DNA from: Chthonomonadales bacterium
GTDB lineage: Bacteria; Armatimonadota; Chthonomonadetes; Chthonomonadales; CAJBBX01
Assembly (NCBI GenBank): GCA_049967475.1
Contig: JBMFSQ010000045.1
Span: 1-17,570 of the forward strand
DNA: 17,570 nucleotides
Reading direction: 5' to 3'
Shown here: positions 7,655-16,577 of the stretch, piece by piece
Position numbering within the stretch: position 1 is the first letter of the stretch
How the letters are laid out: each line of letters begins with the position of its first letter
Translations under genes and position numbers: made by a program
The notes under the pieces: generated by a model
What the model was told of the DNA's origin: nothing
Databases searched by the model: none
The model's input: the letters and a program-made list of their open reading frames with translations, nothing else

Positions 7655-7984
7655 ATGGGTGATCTAACCGGTATCGTGGCCGTAGTGATGACCTTCGGGA
7701 TACCACTCGCGGCGATCTTGACGTACCATCACCGCCGCGTTCTGGAGATGAAGCTCAAACTTCGTGACGCGGCTGGGCAGGATGTTCAGACGGGCCTTGC
7801 CAATCTAAGGCAGGAATTGTCCGACTTGCGCGACACCGCCACTCGGTACGATCTGAGTTTCGACGCCGCACTTCAGCGCATCGAAGCGCGAATTGGGCGG
7901 CTGGAGCATCGCGTGCAGTTCCTGGAACAATCCGTGGGATCCACTCAGAGTGAGGCTGCGCCGGCGCGAAGGCTCGAGATATAA
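7655..7984 (+). CDS. Small membrane-anchored coiled-coil protein (PspB-like architecture), paralog 2
   Basis: SD GAGGAGG (7640-7646) supports ATG 7655 over 7589. Hydrophobic helix ending GIPLAAILTYHH, then LRDTATRYDLSFDAALQRIEARIGRLEHRVQFLEQ. Confidence 0.75.
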   Translation: MGDLTGIVAVVMTFGIPLAAILTYHHRRVLEMKLKLRDAAGQDVQTGLANLRQELSDLRDTATRYDLSFDAALQRIEARIGRLEHRVQFLEQSVGSTQSEAAPARRLEI

Positions 7985-9324
7985 CCCTCCGAAACGGCCC
8001 CTACCGGTGCGCTAGGCGCGGTTAGGGCGCCCTCGCCGACCACGGCATCGGAGACGGCCTCACCTTGGGCTCCGTCTCCGGCGATCTCCAACAGGCGCAC
8101 GGGCACGATCCGGCCGGCAAGATGGGATCCACCGGCTAAGGACACGCGGATGTAGTTGTGCGTGTACCCTGCCGGCATTCCCCCTGTGCGTTCCTTTCCC
8201 TCCACCAGTACGTCCATGGTACGGCCTAAAAAGCGTTTTATGAAGCGGTATTGGGAGGCGGAACAGGCTGACGCCAGGCGGTGGCTGCGGACCTCCTTCA
8301 CATCGTCGGGTACCATTCCCGGCATTTCAGCGGCAGGGGTGCCTGGCCTGGGTGAGAAGCGAAAGATGTGTGCCCGGGCGAAGCCCACTTGTTCCACCAC
8401 ATCGAGCGTGTTTTGGAAGGCGGCCTCATCCTCGCCCGGAAAGCCTACCATGATGTCCGTGGTGATGCCGAGATCCGGTATGAGCGATAGGGCTTTACGG
8501 CAAAGCTCAAGGTAGCCGTCACGCGTGTACGGGCGGTTCATCGCACGGAGGATGCGTGTGTCCCCGCTTTGCAAGGGGATGTGCAGGTGCTTGCAGACCT
8601 TGGGTTCGGCGGCAAACACGTTCAACAGGGCGGGAGTTACCTGTGTGGGCTCGATGGACGAGAGGCGGATGCGCCGGATGCTTGGGATGGAAGCGATGCG
8701 GCGCAAAAGCTCCGGCAAGTCCGGCCCCCCGCTTCCGGTGGCCGGTCCGTAGGAGCCGACGAGCACACCCGTAAGGACAACCTCGGTGTAGCCCTGGGCT
8801 GAAAGCTCCTCGATTTCGCGGACCACTTCGGAAGCAGGCCGGGATGCCAGGACGCTTCGAGTAAACGGGATGGAGCAGAAGGAGCAGAAGACGTCGCAAC
8901 CATCCTGGATCTTGACCGTAGCCCGCGTGCGTTGAATGGGGTTGCTGCGGAAGGGTGGCGTCGGTTCAACGGGGGCGAGGTGAGGGAAGTGGTCCAACAG
9001 GTGGTCGAGGGTGTTCATTTTCTGGTGGTTCGGAACCACCAAGGCTGCTTCGTTCAGGGCATCGCCTTTGATGCGGGCCATTTCGGCATAACAGCCCGTC
9101 ATCACGACGATGGCGTTGGGGTTTTGGCGGCGGAGGCGCCGGAGGATCTGGCGCGATTTGCGCTCGGCAGTTTGGGTGACCGAGCACGAATTCACGACGT
9201 ACACATCCGCCGCTTCGGAGGCGCCGGTAATGGCAAAGCCCCGCTCCTCGAAGCGGTCTATGATGCGCTGAGTTTCGTATTGGTTGACTTTACACCCTAG
9301 GGTGACGAAGGCGGCAGTCGGCAT
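7945..9324 (-). CDS. mtaB: tRNA t6A37 methylthiotransferase (radical SAM)
   Basis: N-terminal TLGCKVNQYE and VNSCSVT, radical SAM motif KIQDGCDVFCSFC, HLHIPLQSG, DIMVGFPGE, FSPRPGTPAA and a C-terminal TRAM-like region. Confidence 0.93.
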   Translation of the reverse strand: MPTAAFVTLGCKVNQYETQRIIDRFEERGFAITGASEAADVYVVNSCSVTQTAERKSRQILRRLRRQNPNAIVVMTGCYAEMARIKGDALNEAALVVPNHQKMNTLDHLLDHFPHLAPVEPTPPFRSNPIQRTRATVKIQDGCDVFCSFCSIPFTRSVLASRPASEVVREIEELSAQGYTEVVLTGVLVGSYGPATGSGGPDLPELLRRIASIPSIRRIRLSSIEPTQVTPALLNVFAAEPKVCKHLHIPLQSGDTRILRAMNRPYTRDGYLELCRKALSLIPDLGITTDIMVGFPGEDEAAFQNTLDVVEQVGFARAHIFRFSPRPGTPAAEMPGMVPDDVKEVRSHRLASACSASQYRFIKRFLGRTMDVLVEGKERTGGMPAGYTHNYIRVSLAGGSHLAGRIVPVRLLEIAGDGAQGEAVSDAVVGEGALTAPSAPVGAVSEGYISSLRAGAASL

Positions 9325-9368
9325 GAGTTCTCCCCCCGCGGCGCCAGAGGACCGCCGTCAGGGACCTG

Positions 9369-9398
9369 TTTATACCGTGCGGGAAGGCCGGGCGTCAA
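9369..9398 (-). promoter_or_regulatory. Putative sigma70 promoter for mtaB
   Basis: On the minus strand: TTGACG (9398-9393), 18-nt spacer, TATAAA (9374-9369). Confidence 0.5.
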
Positions 9399-9414
9399 GC
9401 TGCGGCTGCGGAAG

Positions 9415-9443
9415 TTGCAAAGGTATGGGGGAGCCTGTATAAT
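9415..9443 (+). promoter_or_regulatory. Sigma70 promoter for the cinA-thpR-recA operon
   Basis: TTGCAA (9415-9420), 17-nt spacer, TATAAT (9438-9443); SD GGAGG at 9458-9462. Confidence 0.75.
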
Positions 9444-9472
9444 ACCCCGTATCCAGTGGAGGTTTGTGCACA

Positions 9473-10744
9473 TTGCAGGCAGAAATAATCTCGGTAGGCA
9501 CCGAGCTGCTGCTAGGGCAGATCGTGGACACGAATGCTGTCTACCTTGCCAAGGTGCTTTCGGCGGCGGGTATCCCGGTATACCGAAGGGTTACTGTGGG
9601 AGATAATCACCAGCGACTGCGATCCGCGCTGGTTGACGCATTCAAGGAGAGCGAACTCGTCTTTACCATCGGCGGCCTCGGTCCCACATCGGACGACATC
9701 ACGCGGGATGTCCTTTCGGAGGTGTTAGGGGACCCTCTGCGCTTCGATGAGGAGGTGGCGGGATGGCTGCGGGAGTTCTTCTCGCGGCGGGGCGTTCCCT
9801 TTGTTGAGAACAACCTGCGGCAGGCGTGGGTCCCCACACGCGGCCGCATCCTCCCGAACCCCAACGGCACCGCTCCCGGCCTCGTTTTTGAGGCTGGTGA
9901 CGGCACCAGAACGGCCATCGCGCTTCCGGGGCCTCCTTCCGAGTTTTTGCCCATGGTAGACGAGCATGTGGCGCCGCTGTTGCAGCGATGGGGCGGTGGT
10001 GCGGTGATCTACTCCCGCACTCTGCGCCTGTGCGGGATCGGCGAGTCTCTGGCGGAGGACAAGATCAAGGATCTGGTGGCTTCGTCAAACCCGACGGTGG
10101 CGCCTTATGCAAAGACCGGAGAGGTGCACTTGCGCGTTACTTCCCGCGCCCAGGATAAGGAGAACGCCGAGCGGCTGGTGGGGGCGATGGTACAGCGAAT
10201 AATGGAGCGGCTTGGCCAGTACGTCTACGGGTTTGATGAGGACACGCTGGAAGCGAGCGTCGTGCGCATTCTCGAGCGGCAAGGATTGCGCCTAGCCACG
10301 GCGGAGTCGTGCACGGGAGGAATGTTGGCAGCGCGCATCACCAACGTTCCCGGGAGTTCGCGGGTGTTCCAAGGGGGCGTGGTGGCTTACAGCAACGATG
10401 CGAAGGTGCGGATGGTAGGTGTGCCTGAGGATCTGATCCTTCGTCACGGAGCCGTAAGCCCCGAGGTGGCTGAAGCACTGGCTTCTGGAATTCGACATCG
10501 CTTCGGCGCCGATTTGGGTGTGGGCGTCACAGGCATCGCGGGTCCCGATGGCGGCACGCCCGAGAAGCCCGTTGGTTTGGTGTATATCGCCTTGGCCCAT
10601 AGCGGGGGGATACACGTGCAGCGCAATGAATTCCTTGGGCAGCGCAACGATGTGCGCACGCGGGCGGTGCTGAATGCGCTGGTGATGGTGCGGCAGCACG
10701 CTATGGAGGGCGAGCGCCCGATGCAGGAGGTGGCGCGGCAATAG
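9473..10744 (+). CDS. cinA: Competence/damage-inducible protein CinA (MoCF-like domain plus PncC NMN deamidase domain)
   Basis: Motifs AEIISVGTELLLGQIVDTN, GGLGPTSDDIT, NGTAPG, LPGPP, ATAESCTGG, HGAVS and TGIAGPDGGT.EKPVG. Start set at TTG 9473 from SD spacing (the track uses 9464). Confidence 0.95.
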   Translation: MQAEIISVGTELLLGQIVDTNAVYLAKVLSAAGIPVYRRVTVGDNHQRLRSALVDAFKESELVFTIGGLGPTSDDITRDVLSEVLGDPLRFDEEVAGWLREFFSRRGVPFVENNLRQAWVPTRGRILPNPNGTAPGLVFEAGDGTRTAIALPGPPSEFLPMVDEHVAPLLQRWGGGAVIYSRTLRLCGIGESLAEDKIKDLVASSNPTVAPYAKTGEVHLRVTSRAQDKENAERLVGAMVQRIMERLGQYVYGFDEDTLEASVVRILERQGLRLATAESCTGGMLAARITNVPGSSRVFQGGVVAYSNDAKVRMVGVPEDLILRHGAVSPEVAEALASGIRHRFGADLGVGVTGIAGPDGGTPEKPVGLVYIALAHSGGIHVQRNEFLGQRNDVRTRAVLNALVMVRQHAMEGERPMQEVARQ

Positions 10745-10745
10745 G

Positions 10746-11348
10746 ATGCGCCTATTTTTCGCTGTTCTATTGCCCGAGGACGTTCTTGCGGTCCTGCAGC
10801 GCAGTCAAGACGAACTGCGCCACACGATTTGCGCGGGCGGGATTTCATGGGTGCGGCCTCACCAGTTTCACTATACGCTCAAGTTCCTTGGCGACACGAC
10901 GCCTGCGCGGGCACGAGTGGCCGTCGAAGCTGCGGAGGCTATCCAAGAGAAATTGGCGCCTTTCCAAGTGACTTTGGGCGGTTTGGGGGCATTCCCCAAT
11001 GCCGAGCGCCCCAGCGTTCTGTGGGTGGGCGCTTCTGCAGGCGGCCCGCGCTTATCCCATGTGGCGTATCTGTTGGACGAACAGTTGGGCCGGGTGGGCT
11101 TCAGCAAGGAGAAGCGGCCCTTCACGGCGCACCTTACTGTGGCACGCATCAAGACCTACGAAGGCGAGGCCGCGGCTGCCCGCCTTTTGAGGACGGCCCG
11201 TTGGGGGGATCTTGCCGCCGCGCGCATAGACCGCTTCGTGCTGATGCGCAGTACGTTGCGGCCAACCGGCGCCGAATACACCGTGGTTGACGAGTTCTTG
11301 TTCCAAGGGGAAGGCAGCGACAGGGAGGATGACCCGCACGGTGCTTAG
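10746..11348 (+). CDS. thpR: RNA 2',3'-cyclic phosphodiesterase (2H family, LigT-like)
   Basis: MRLFFAV start, two HxT motifs (HYTLKFLG and AHLTVAR), and LGAFP...VLWVG; lies between cinA and recA. Confidence 0.93.
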   Translation: MRLFFAVLLPEDVLAVLQRSQDELRHTICAGGISWVRPHQFHYTLKFLGDTTPARARVAVEAAEAIQEKLAPFQVTLGGLGAFPNAERPSVLWVGASAGGPRLSHVAYLLDEQLGRVGFSKEKRPFTAHLTVARIKTYEGEAAAARLLRTARWGDLAAARIDRFVLMRSTLRPTGAEYTVVDEFLFQGEGSDREDDPHGA

Positions 11349-11373
11349 AGCGCGAACGAAGGAGGGCACAGGG

Positions 11374-12384
11374 TTGGAGAAGCAGAAGGCGTTGGACATG
11401 GCGTTGAGCAACATCGAGAAGCAGTTCGGCAAGGGAGCGATTATGCGGCTGGGAGAAACCACCAAGCTCAACGTGGATGCCATTCCCACGGGCTCCATCG
11501 CTCTGGATCTTGCTTTGGGTGTAGGGGGCATTCCGCGCGGACGCATCACGGAAATCTACGGAACGGAATCCTCCGGGAAGACGACCATCGCCCTCCAGGT
11601 GATTGCAGAAGCCCAGAAGCGGGGCGGCATCTGCGCCTTTGTAGACGCAGAGCATGCCCTGGATCCGGACTATGCGGCAAACCTAGGCGTGAACGTAGAC
11701 CAGTTGTACGTGTCCCAGCCCGGTACGGGAGAAGAGGCGTTGGAGATCATGGACGCCCTCGTGCGTTCCAGCGCTGTGGACGTGGTGGTGCTGGACTCGG
11801 TAGCTGCGCTTGTTCCCAAAGCGGAGATCGAAGGCGAGATGGGCGACGCTCACGTGGGGATGCAGGCGCGCCTTATGTCTCAGGCCTTGCGGAAGCTGGC
11901 AGGAAACATCAGCCGAGCCAATTGCGCTGCGATCTTCATCAACCAGATCCGGGAAAAGATCGGGGTGATGTTCGGCAACCCCGAGACAACGCCTGGGGGG
12001 CGGGCGTTGAAATTCTGGGCTAGCGTACGGATGGAGGTTCGGCGCATGGAGACGGTGAAGATGGGCGCCGACGCTGTGGGTGCACGCACGAAGGTGAAGA
12101 TCGTGAAGAACAAGGTGGCTCCGCCTTTCAAGCAAGCCGAGTTCGACATCATGTTCGGGCGGGGCATCTCTCGGGCAGGGGGCATCCTGGACATCGGCAC
12201 CGAGATGGGCATCATCACCAAGAGCGGGGCGTATTTCAGTTACAACGAACTGAGGCTGGGGCAGGGACGCGAGAATGCGCGCATCTTTCTGGAAGAGAAC
12301 CCCGCTCTCATGGCGGAAATCGAACAAAAGATCCGCGGAGGAGGAACGCTCCCCGCTACATTAGCCGCAGGGGACGACGAATGA
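11374..12384 (+). CDS. recA: Recombinase A
   Basis: Motifs [14 protein letters not shown], Walker [34 protein letters not shown] and [18 protein letters not shown]. Start TTG 11374 follows AAGGAGGG; the track start at 11287 overlaps thpR. Confidence 0.98.
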   Translation: MEKQKALDMALSNIEKQFGKGAIMRLGETTKLNVDAIPTGSIALDLALGVGGIPRGRITEIYGTESSGKTTIALQVIAEAQKRGGICAFVDAEHALDPDYAANLGVNVDQLYVSQPGTGEEALEIMDALVRSSAVDVVVLDSVAALVPKAEIEGEMGDAHVGMQARLMSQALRKLAGNISRANCAAIFINQIREKIGVMFGNPETTPGGRALKFWASVRMEVRRMETVKMGADAVGARTKVKIVKNKVAPPFKQAEFDIMFGRGISRAGGILDIGTEMGIITKSGAYFSYNELRLGQGRENARIFLEENPALMAEIEQKIRGGGTLPATLAAGDDE

Positions 12385-12884
12385 GGGGTGGCTCATCAGT
12401 CCCGCGATTGCGTACGGTTGAAGCGCATACCAAGGAAGCTGCGCGTATGTTGGCCGAGGGCTTTATAGATTATCAACCTCGAACCTCAAGCGAAGTGCGG
12501 CGCCGCCTTCTGCGGGCGGGATTTGATGAGGCCGTAGTGGAAGAGGTTGTGCGCGACCTGGAAGATGCCGGTCTGCTGGATGATGCCCGCTTTTGCCGGG
12601 AGTGGGTGGAGAGCCGCAGCAGAAGCAAGGGGCTCGGTCCCAGAAGGCTCACTGAGGAACTCCTACGGAAAGGGGTGCCTAGAGAGAAGATTGTGGACGC
12701 TCTACAGCCTTTGGATGCCGATGCTCAAATGGAACGGGCTCTGGAACTTGCTCGGAGGCGCTTGGAGCGTTTGGACCTAAAGGATCCTGCCACCCGCACG
12801 AAGGTCGCCGGGTACCTGCGAAGGCGCGGTTACGATTGGGATTGCGTGGAGCAGGTATGCGCAATATTGATGCCGAATAACTAA
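12381..12884 (+). CDS. recX: Regulatory protein RecX
   Basis: Overlaps the recA stop (ATGA). Motifs [33 protein letters not shown] and YLRRRGY. Confidence 0.9.
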   Translation: MRGGSSVPRLRTVEAHTKEAARMLAEGFIDYQPRTSSEVRRRLLRAGFDEAVVEEVVRDLEDAGLLDDARFCREWVESRSRSKGLGPRRLTEELLRKGVPREKIVDALQPLDADAQMERALELARRRLERLDLKDPATRTKVAGYLRRRGYDWDCVEQVCAILMPNN

Positions 12885-12909
12885 CAGCGAAACTTTCTTA
12901 CAGCCAGAA

Positions 12910-12975
12910 GGAGGAATGCTTCGGCGTACCTCTCCCCTCGCTCAGCCTCAGACAGTAATTGTCTGGAGGTGAGGG
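12910..12975 (+). promoter_or_regulatory. Two-hairpin structured leader upstream of rny
   Basis: Hairpin 1 (12910-12933) has a C(UUCG)G loop. Hairpin 2 (12941-12973) pairs the rny SD GGAGGTGAG. Confidence 0.5.
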
Positions 12976-12979
12976 TAAC

Positions 12980-14521
12980 GTGATCTACATCGCGATAGCG
13001 ATCATTATCGCCGGAGGCGCGGCGGCGTTTAGTGTTCTGCTTTACCGCGCCAACATGAAGCGGCTGGAGCTGTATACTCAGCAGAAGTTGATGGAGGCCG
13101 AGTGCATCAAGCAGGAAGCTCTCGGCCAAGTGGAAGCACGCAAGAAAGAGGCCTTGATCGAGGCGAAGGAGGAGGTTTACAAGTTCCGTGCCGAGATCGA
13201 ACGGGAGAACCGCGAGAAGCGGGCTGAAATACAGAGGTTAGAGCGAAGGCTGGCACAGAAAGAAGAGCATCTCGATCGCCGGATCGAGGATCTGGAGAAG
13301 AAAGAAAAGAACCTGGCTGCCCGTGAAGCAGAGATGGCCGCACGCAGCAAGGAGATCGAGCAGGCGCTGGCACTGCAACGGGCCGAACTGGAACGCATCG
13401 CCGGCTTGTCGCAGGAAGAGGCTCGGAGCCAATTCCTTAAGATGGTAGAAGATGAAAGCCGGCAAGAGGCTGCCCGCCTCATCCGAGAGATTGAAGAGGA
13501 GGCCAAGCGGGAGGGAGAGCGCCGAGCCCGCAACATCATCACTGCCGCGATCCAAAGGTGTGCGTTGGATCAGACATCCGAGACGACGGTGTCCGTAGTA
13601 CCCCTACCCACCGACGAGATGAAGGGCCGCATCATCGGCCGCGAAGGGCGCAATATCCGCGCCTTCGAGACGCTCACCGGCGTGGATCTCATCATAGACG
13701 ACACGCCGGATGCCGTGGTCCTTTCAGCCTTTGATCCCGTTCGGCGGGAGATCGCTCGTATCGCCCTCACGAACCTGATCATTGACGGCCGCATCCATCC
13801 GGGGCGCATCGAAGAAATGGTGGCCAAGGCCCGCGATGAAGTGGAACAGCGCATCTTGGAAGCAGGCGAGGCAGCGGTTTTGGAAACGGGTCTTACGGGC
13901 ATCGCGCCGGAAGTGGTGCGGCTGCTGGGCAAAATGAAGTACCGCACCAGCTACGGCCAGAATGTGCTGGATCACTCGATCGAGGTGAGCCACCTTTGCG
14001 GGCTCCTTGCCGCGGAGGTCGGCGCCAACATCCACGTGGCGAAGCGCGCGGGATTGCTTCACGATTTGGGCAAGGCGGTGGATGCAGATGTGGAAGGTCC
14101 TCACGCCGTGATCGGCGCCGAGATTTTGCGGCGGAACAAAGAGTTGCCCGACGTGATCCACGCCATCGAGGCGCACCATTACGATGTGGAACCTGCTACC
14201 GTAGAAGCAGTGCTCCTCATCTGTGCCGACGCAATCTCAGCCGCGAGACCGGGTGCGCGCAGAGAAACGCTGGAGACCTATGTGAAGCGCCTTCGGAAGC
14301 TGGAGGAGATCGGCGACTCCTTCCAGGGGGTGGAAAAGACCTTTGCTGTTCAGGCAGGCCGGGAGATACGCCTCATCGTGAAGCCGGATCGTGTAGACGA
14401 TTTGGGCGCCATCAAGCTCGCCCGCGACACCGCCCGGCGTATCGAAGAAGAGATGGAATATCCCGGCCAGATCAAAGTCACCGTCATTCGGGAGACACGG
14501 GCCGTAGACTTTGCCAAATAG
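12980..14521 (+). CDS. rny: Ribonuclease Y
   Basis: N-terminal TM helix, long coiled coil, KH domain ([15 protein letters not shown]), HD domain ([10 protein letters not shown]) and QAGREIR...[12 protein letters not shown]. Start GTG 12980 follows GGAGGT (the track uses TTG 12959). Confidence 0.97.
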   Translation: MIYIAIAIIIAGGAAAFSVLLYRANMKRLELYTQQKLMEAECIKQEALGQVEARKKEALIEAKEEVYKFRAEIERENREKRAEIQRLERRLAQKEEHLDRRIEDLEKKEKNLAAREAEMAARSKEIEQALALQRAELERIAGLSQEEARSQFLKMVEDESRQEAARLIREIEEEAKREGERRARNIITAAIQRCALDQTSETTVSVVPLPTDEMKGRIIGREGRNIRAFETLTGVDLIIDDTPDAVVLSAFDPVRREIARIALTNLIIDGRIHPGRIEEMVAKARDEVEQRILEAGEAAVLETGLTGIAPEVVRLLGKMKYRTSYGQNVLDHSIEVSHLCGLLAAEVGANIHVAKRAGLLHDLGKAVDADVEGPHAVIGAEILRRNKELPDVIHAIEAHHYDVEPATVEAVLLICADAISAARPGARRETLETYVKRLRKLEEIGDSFQGVEKTFAVQAGREIRLIVKPDRVDDLGAIKLARDTARRIEEEMEYPGQIKVTVIRETRAVDFAK

Positions 14522-14588
14522 GGTTAAAGCAGGCACAACGCCGCAGAGCCTGGGGCCATGGGCCTCATTAGGAAGATGCAAGAACTGA

Positions 14589-15422
14589 ATGCGCGTGCTA
14601 ATGGTGGGGGATGTGGTGGGCAGGCCGGGCCGCGAAGCCGTATTGGCGCTTCTGCCGGAATTGCGCAGCGAGTTGGATGTGGACTTTGTGATCGCAGATG
14701 CCGAGAATGCTGCGGGAGGCGTGGGCATCACTCCTGAGATTGCCCGCCAATTGCTGGATCATGGCGGAGTAGACGTGCTCACATTGGGGAACCATGCATG
14801 GGCGAAGCGCGAAGTGTATCCCTATCTCAATGACGAAGCGCGCATCCTTAGGCCGGCCAACTACCCGCCCGGCGTTCCCGGCAGAGGAGTGGGAGTATAT
14901 TCCACGCAGAAGGGCGCCGTGGCTGTTGCGCTGCTCCAAGGGCGCGTGTTCATGGATCCCGTGGATTGTCCCTTCCGATGTTCCGACGCGGTGCTGGAGG
15001 AACTCGCCACGGTGACACGCTGCATTTTCGTGGAGTTTCATGCCGAGGCGAGTTCCGAGAAGCAAGCTTTTGGGCGCTACCTCGACGGCCGAGTGAGCGC
15101 CGTGGCGGGCACGCATACGCATGTGCAAACTGCGGACGAGCGCCTATTGCCGCAGGGATCCGCATACATCACAGATCTAGGAATGACCGGGCCTGTGGAC
15201 TCCGTAATCGGAATGAAGTGTGACACGGTTCTTCCAAGGTTTCTTACGCTCCTCCCCAGCCGGTTCGAGGTTGCGAGCGGGCCCGCGGTTCTATCTGGTA
15301 TGCTCATTGATGTAGACGAGGTTACAGGGCGCGCCACCGCAGTGACGCGGCTGCAGGTTCCGTTTGGCTCAGGCAGCAAGGGATGCAAGCCGGAGATGCA
15401 CGCGCGCGGCGCGGAAAGGTGA
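14589..15422 (+). CDS. ymdB: YmdB-family (TIGR00282-type) metallophosphoesterase
   Basis: Motifs GDVVGRPGR, ENAAGG.GIT, TLGNH, LRPANYP, HAEASSEK, GTHTHVQTADE and TDLGMTG; follows rny as in many bacteria. Confidence 0.93.
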   Translation: MRVLMVGDVVGRPGREAVLALLPELRSELDVDFVIADAENAAGGVGITPEIARQLLDHGGVDVLTLGNHAWAKREVYPYLNDEARILRPANYPPGVPGRGVGVYSTQKGAVAVALLQGRVFMDPVDCPFRCSDAVLEELATVTRCIFVEFHAEASSEKQAFGRYLDGRVSAVAGTHTHVQTADERLLPQGSAYITDLGMTGPVDSVIGMKCDTVLPRFLTLLPSRFEVASGPAVLSGMLIDVDEVTGRATAVTRLQVPFGSGSKGCKPEMHARGAER

Positions 15423-15459
15423 CTGGAACAGGGGCAATAGTCTGCAGAGGAGGACAGAA

Positions 15460-16464
15460 GTGAGAACACGATACGGGCGGTTGACACTCATGGGCTGCGC
15501 TGCGGTTCTTGCCGCAGGCATTGCCGGCTCCGCACAAGGGCAAACTCCTGCCCCAGGTGAGATAGATATCTACACGGGAGACCCGGTACGCCAGGCCGGC
15601 ATCAAACTCTCTACCTGGGGAAGTGGAGAGGCCGTTCAGGATACGGACCATGTGTACATCGGCAGTGCCTCCATCAAGATTGCTACCCATGGAGCCTACC
15701 AAGGTGCACGACTGGAGCTTTCGAGACCCGTAGACCTCAAGCCGGCCCTAGACGACAAGTACGCCTACCTTCAGTTCGTAACGCAGCTCCCCAATAAGAA
15801 CACCCAGCCGACCTTCGGCTACCCGGGCTTGCCTGGGTACGGACGAGGAATGGGAAGGCTCTTCGGAGGGCAGGGTCGCGGCCCCGGCGGCTATCCCGGC
15901 GGCATCGGCGGTCCCGGAGGCTTCAACCCGAGCAATCAGGAAACCGGAATGACCACTCCCAAGCCGCTTTCCCAAATTCGGGTGGTGCTGGTTACAACGG
16001 ACGGCAAGCAGATCGAGTTCTATCTTCCCATTGACACCGCGGCCTCTGGGCGTGGGGATTGGACCTACTTGGCCATCCCGGTGGCGGCCATACCGGGCCT
16101 CGCGAAGACGAATGCCGAGATCAAAGAGGTGCGCCTCTTCGGCGACAGCGCCGCCGTGCTCTACTTGGGTGAAGTCCGCGTGGTTCGTGATGAGACGCCG
16201 ATCCGCGTGGATGATCTGCCCGAGTATACCGTGGCCAAGATGGATGTGGTAACGTTCACTGCATCTGCTGAGGCAGGTACGACACCCCTGAAGTACCAAT
16301 GGAACTTCGACGCGGCACATCCTGGTGTGGATGCCGAGGGCAAAACGGTGAAGCACCAATACCGCAAGGGCCAGCAGGATTACACGGTGACGCTTACGGT
16401 GAGTGATGTGTACGGCATCAAGAAGCCCGTTACCAGGACTACAACCGTCCATGTAACCTTGTGA
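15460..16464 (+). CDS. Secreted protein with C-terminal PKD domain
   Basis: GTG 15460 follows GAGGAGG. Signal peptide RLTLMGCAAVLAAGIAGSAQG. C-terminal VTFTASA...LKYQWNFD...VKHQY...YTVTLTVSD is a PKD signature. Confidence 0.75.
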   Translation: MRTRYGRLTLMGCAAVLAAGIAGSAQGQTPAPGEIDIYTGDPVRQAGIKLSTWGSGEAVQDTDHVYIGSASIKIATHGAYQGARLELSRPVDLKPALDDKYAYLQFVTQLPNKNTQPTFGYPGLPGYGRGMGRLFGGQGRGPGGYPGGIGGPGGFNPSNQETGMTTPKPLSQIRVVLVTTDGKQIEFYLPIDTAASGRGDWTYLAIPVAAIPGLAKTNAEIKEVRLFGDSAAVLYLGEVRVVRDETPIRVDDLPEYTVAKMDVVTFTASAEAGTTPLKYQWNFDAAHPGVDAEGKTVKHQYRKGQQDYTVTLTVSDVYGIKKPVTRTTTVHVTL

Positions 16465-16479
16465 CGGTGCCCGGGATGC

Positions 16480-16577
16480 TTCCGAACGCGGCGTGGATAA
16501 TTACTCAGGAAAATGCGGTACTATATTGGCGAATGCAGTTGGGCCGTAGGATCTGATCCGGGGTCCACGCCACGGAA
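16480..16577 (+). ncRNA. Candidate structured RNA or cis-regulatory leader (rod-like hairpin of about 98 nt)
   Basis: Five stacked stems: TTCCG/CGGAA, GGCGTGGA/TCCACGCC, TCAG/CTGA, TGCGGT/GCCGTA and ACTATATT/AATGCAGT, closed by a GGCG loop. G-U pairs favour the + strand. Confidence 0.35.

Noticed and set aside
7507..7872. DNA direct repeat as a CRISPR repeat or mobile-element end
   Set aside because: There are only two degenerate copies, both in frame within paralogous genes, so protein conservation explains them.
11287..11373. N-terminal extension of RecA (likewise track starts at 506, 7589, 12959 and 15364)
   Set aside because: Downstream starts have better SD sequences and match family N-termini or signal peptides; the extensions come from longest-ORF calling.
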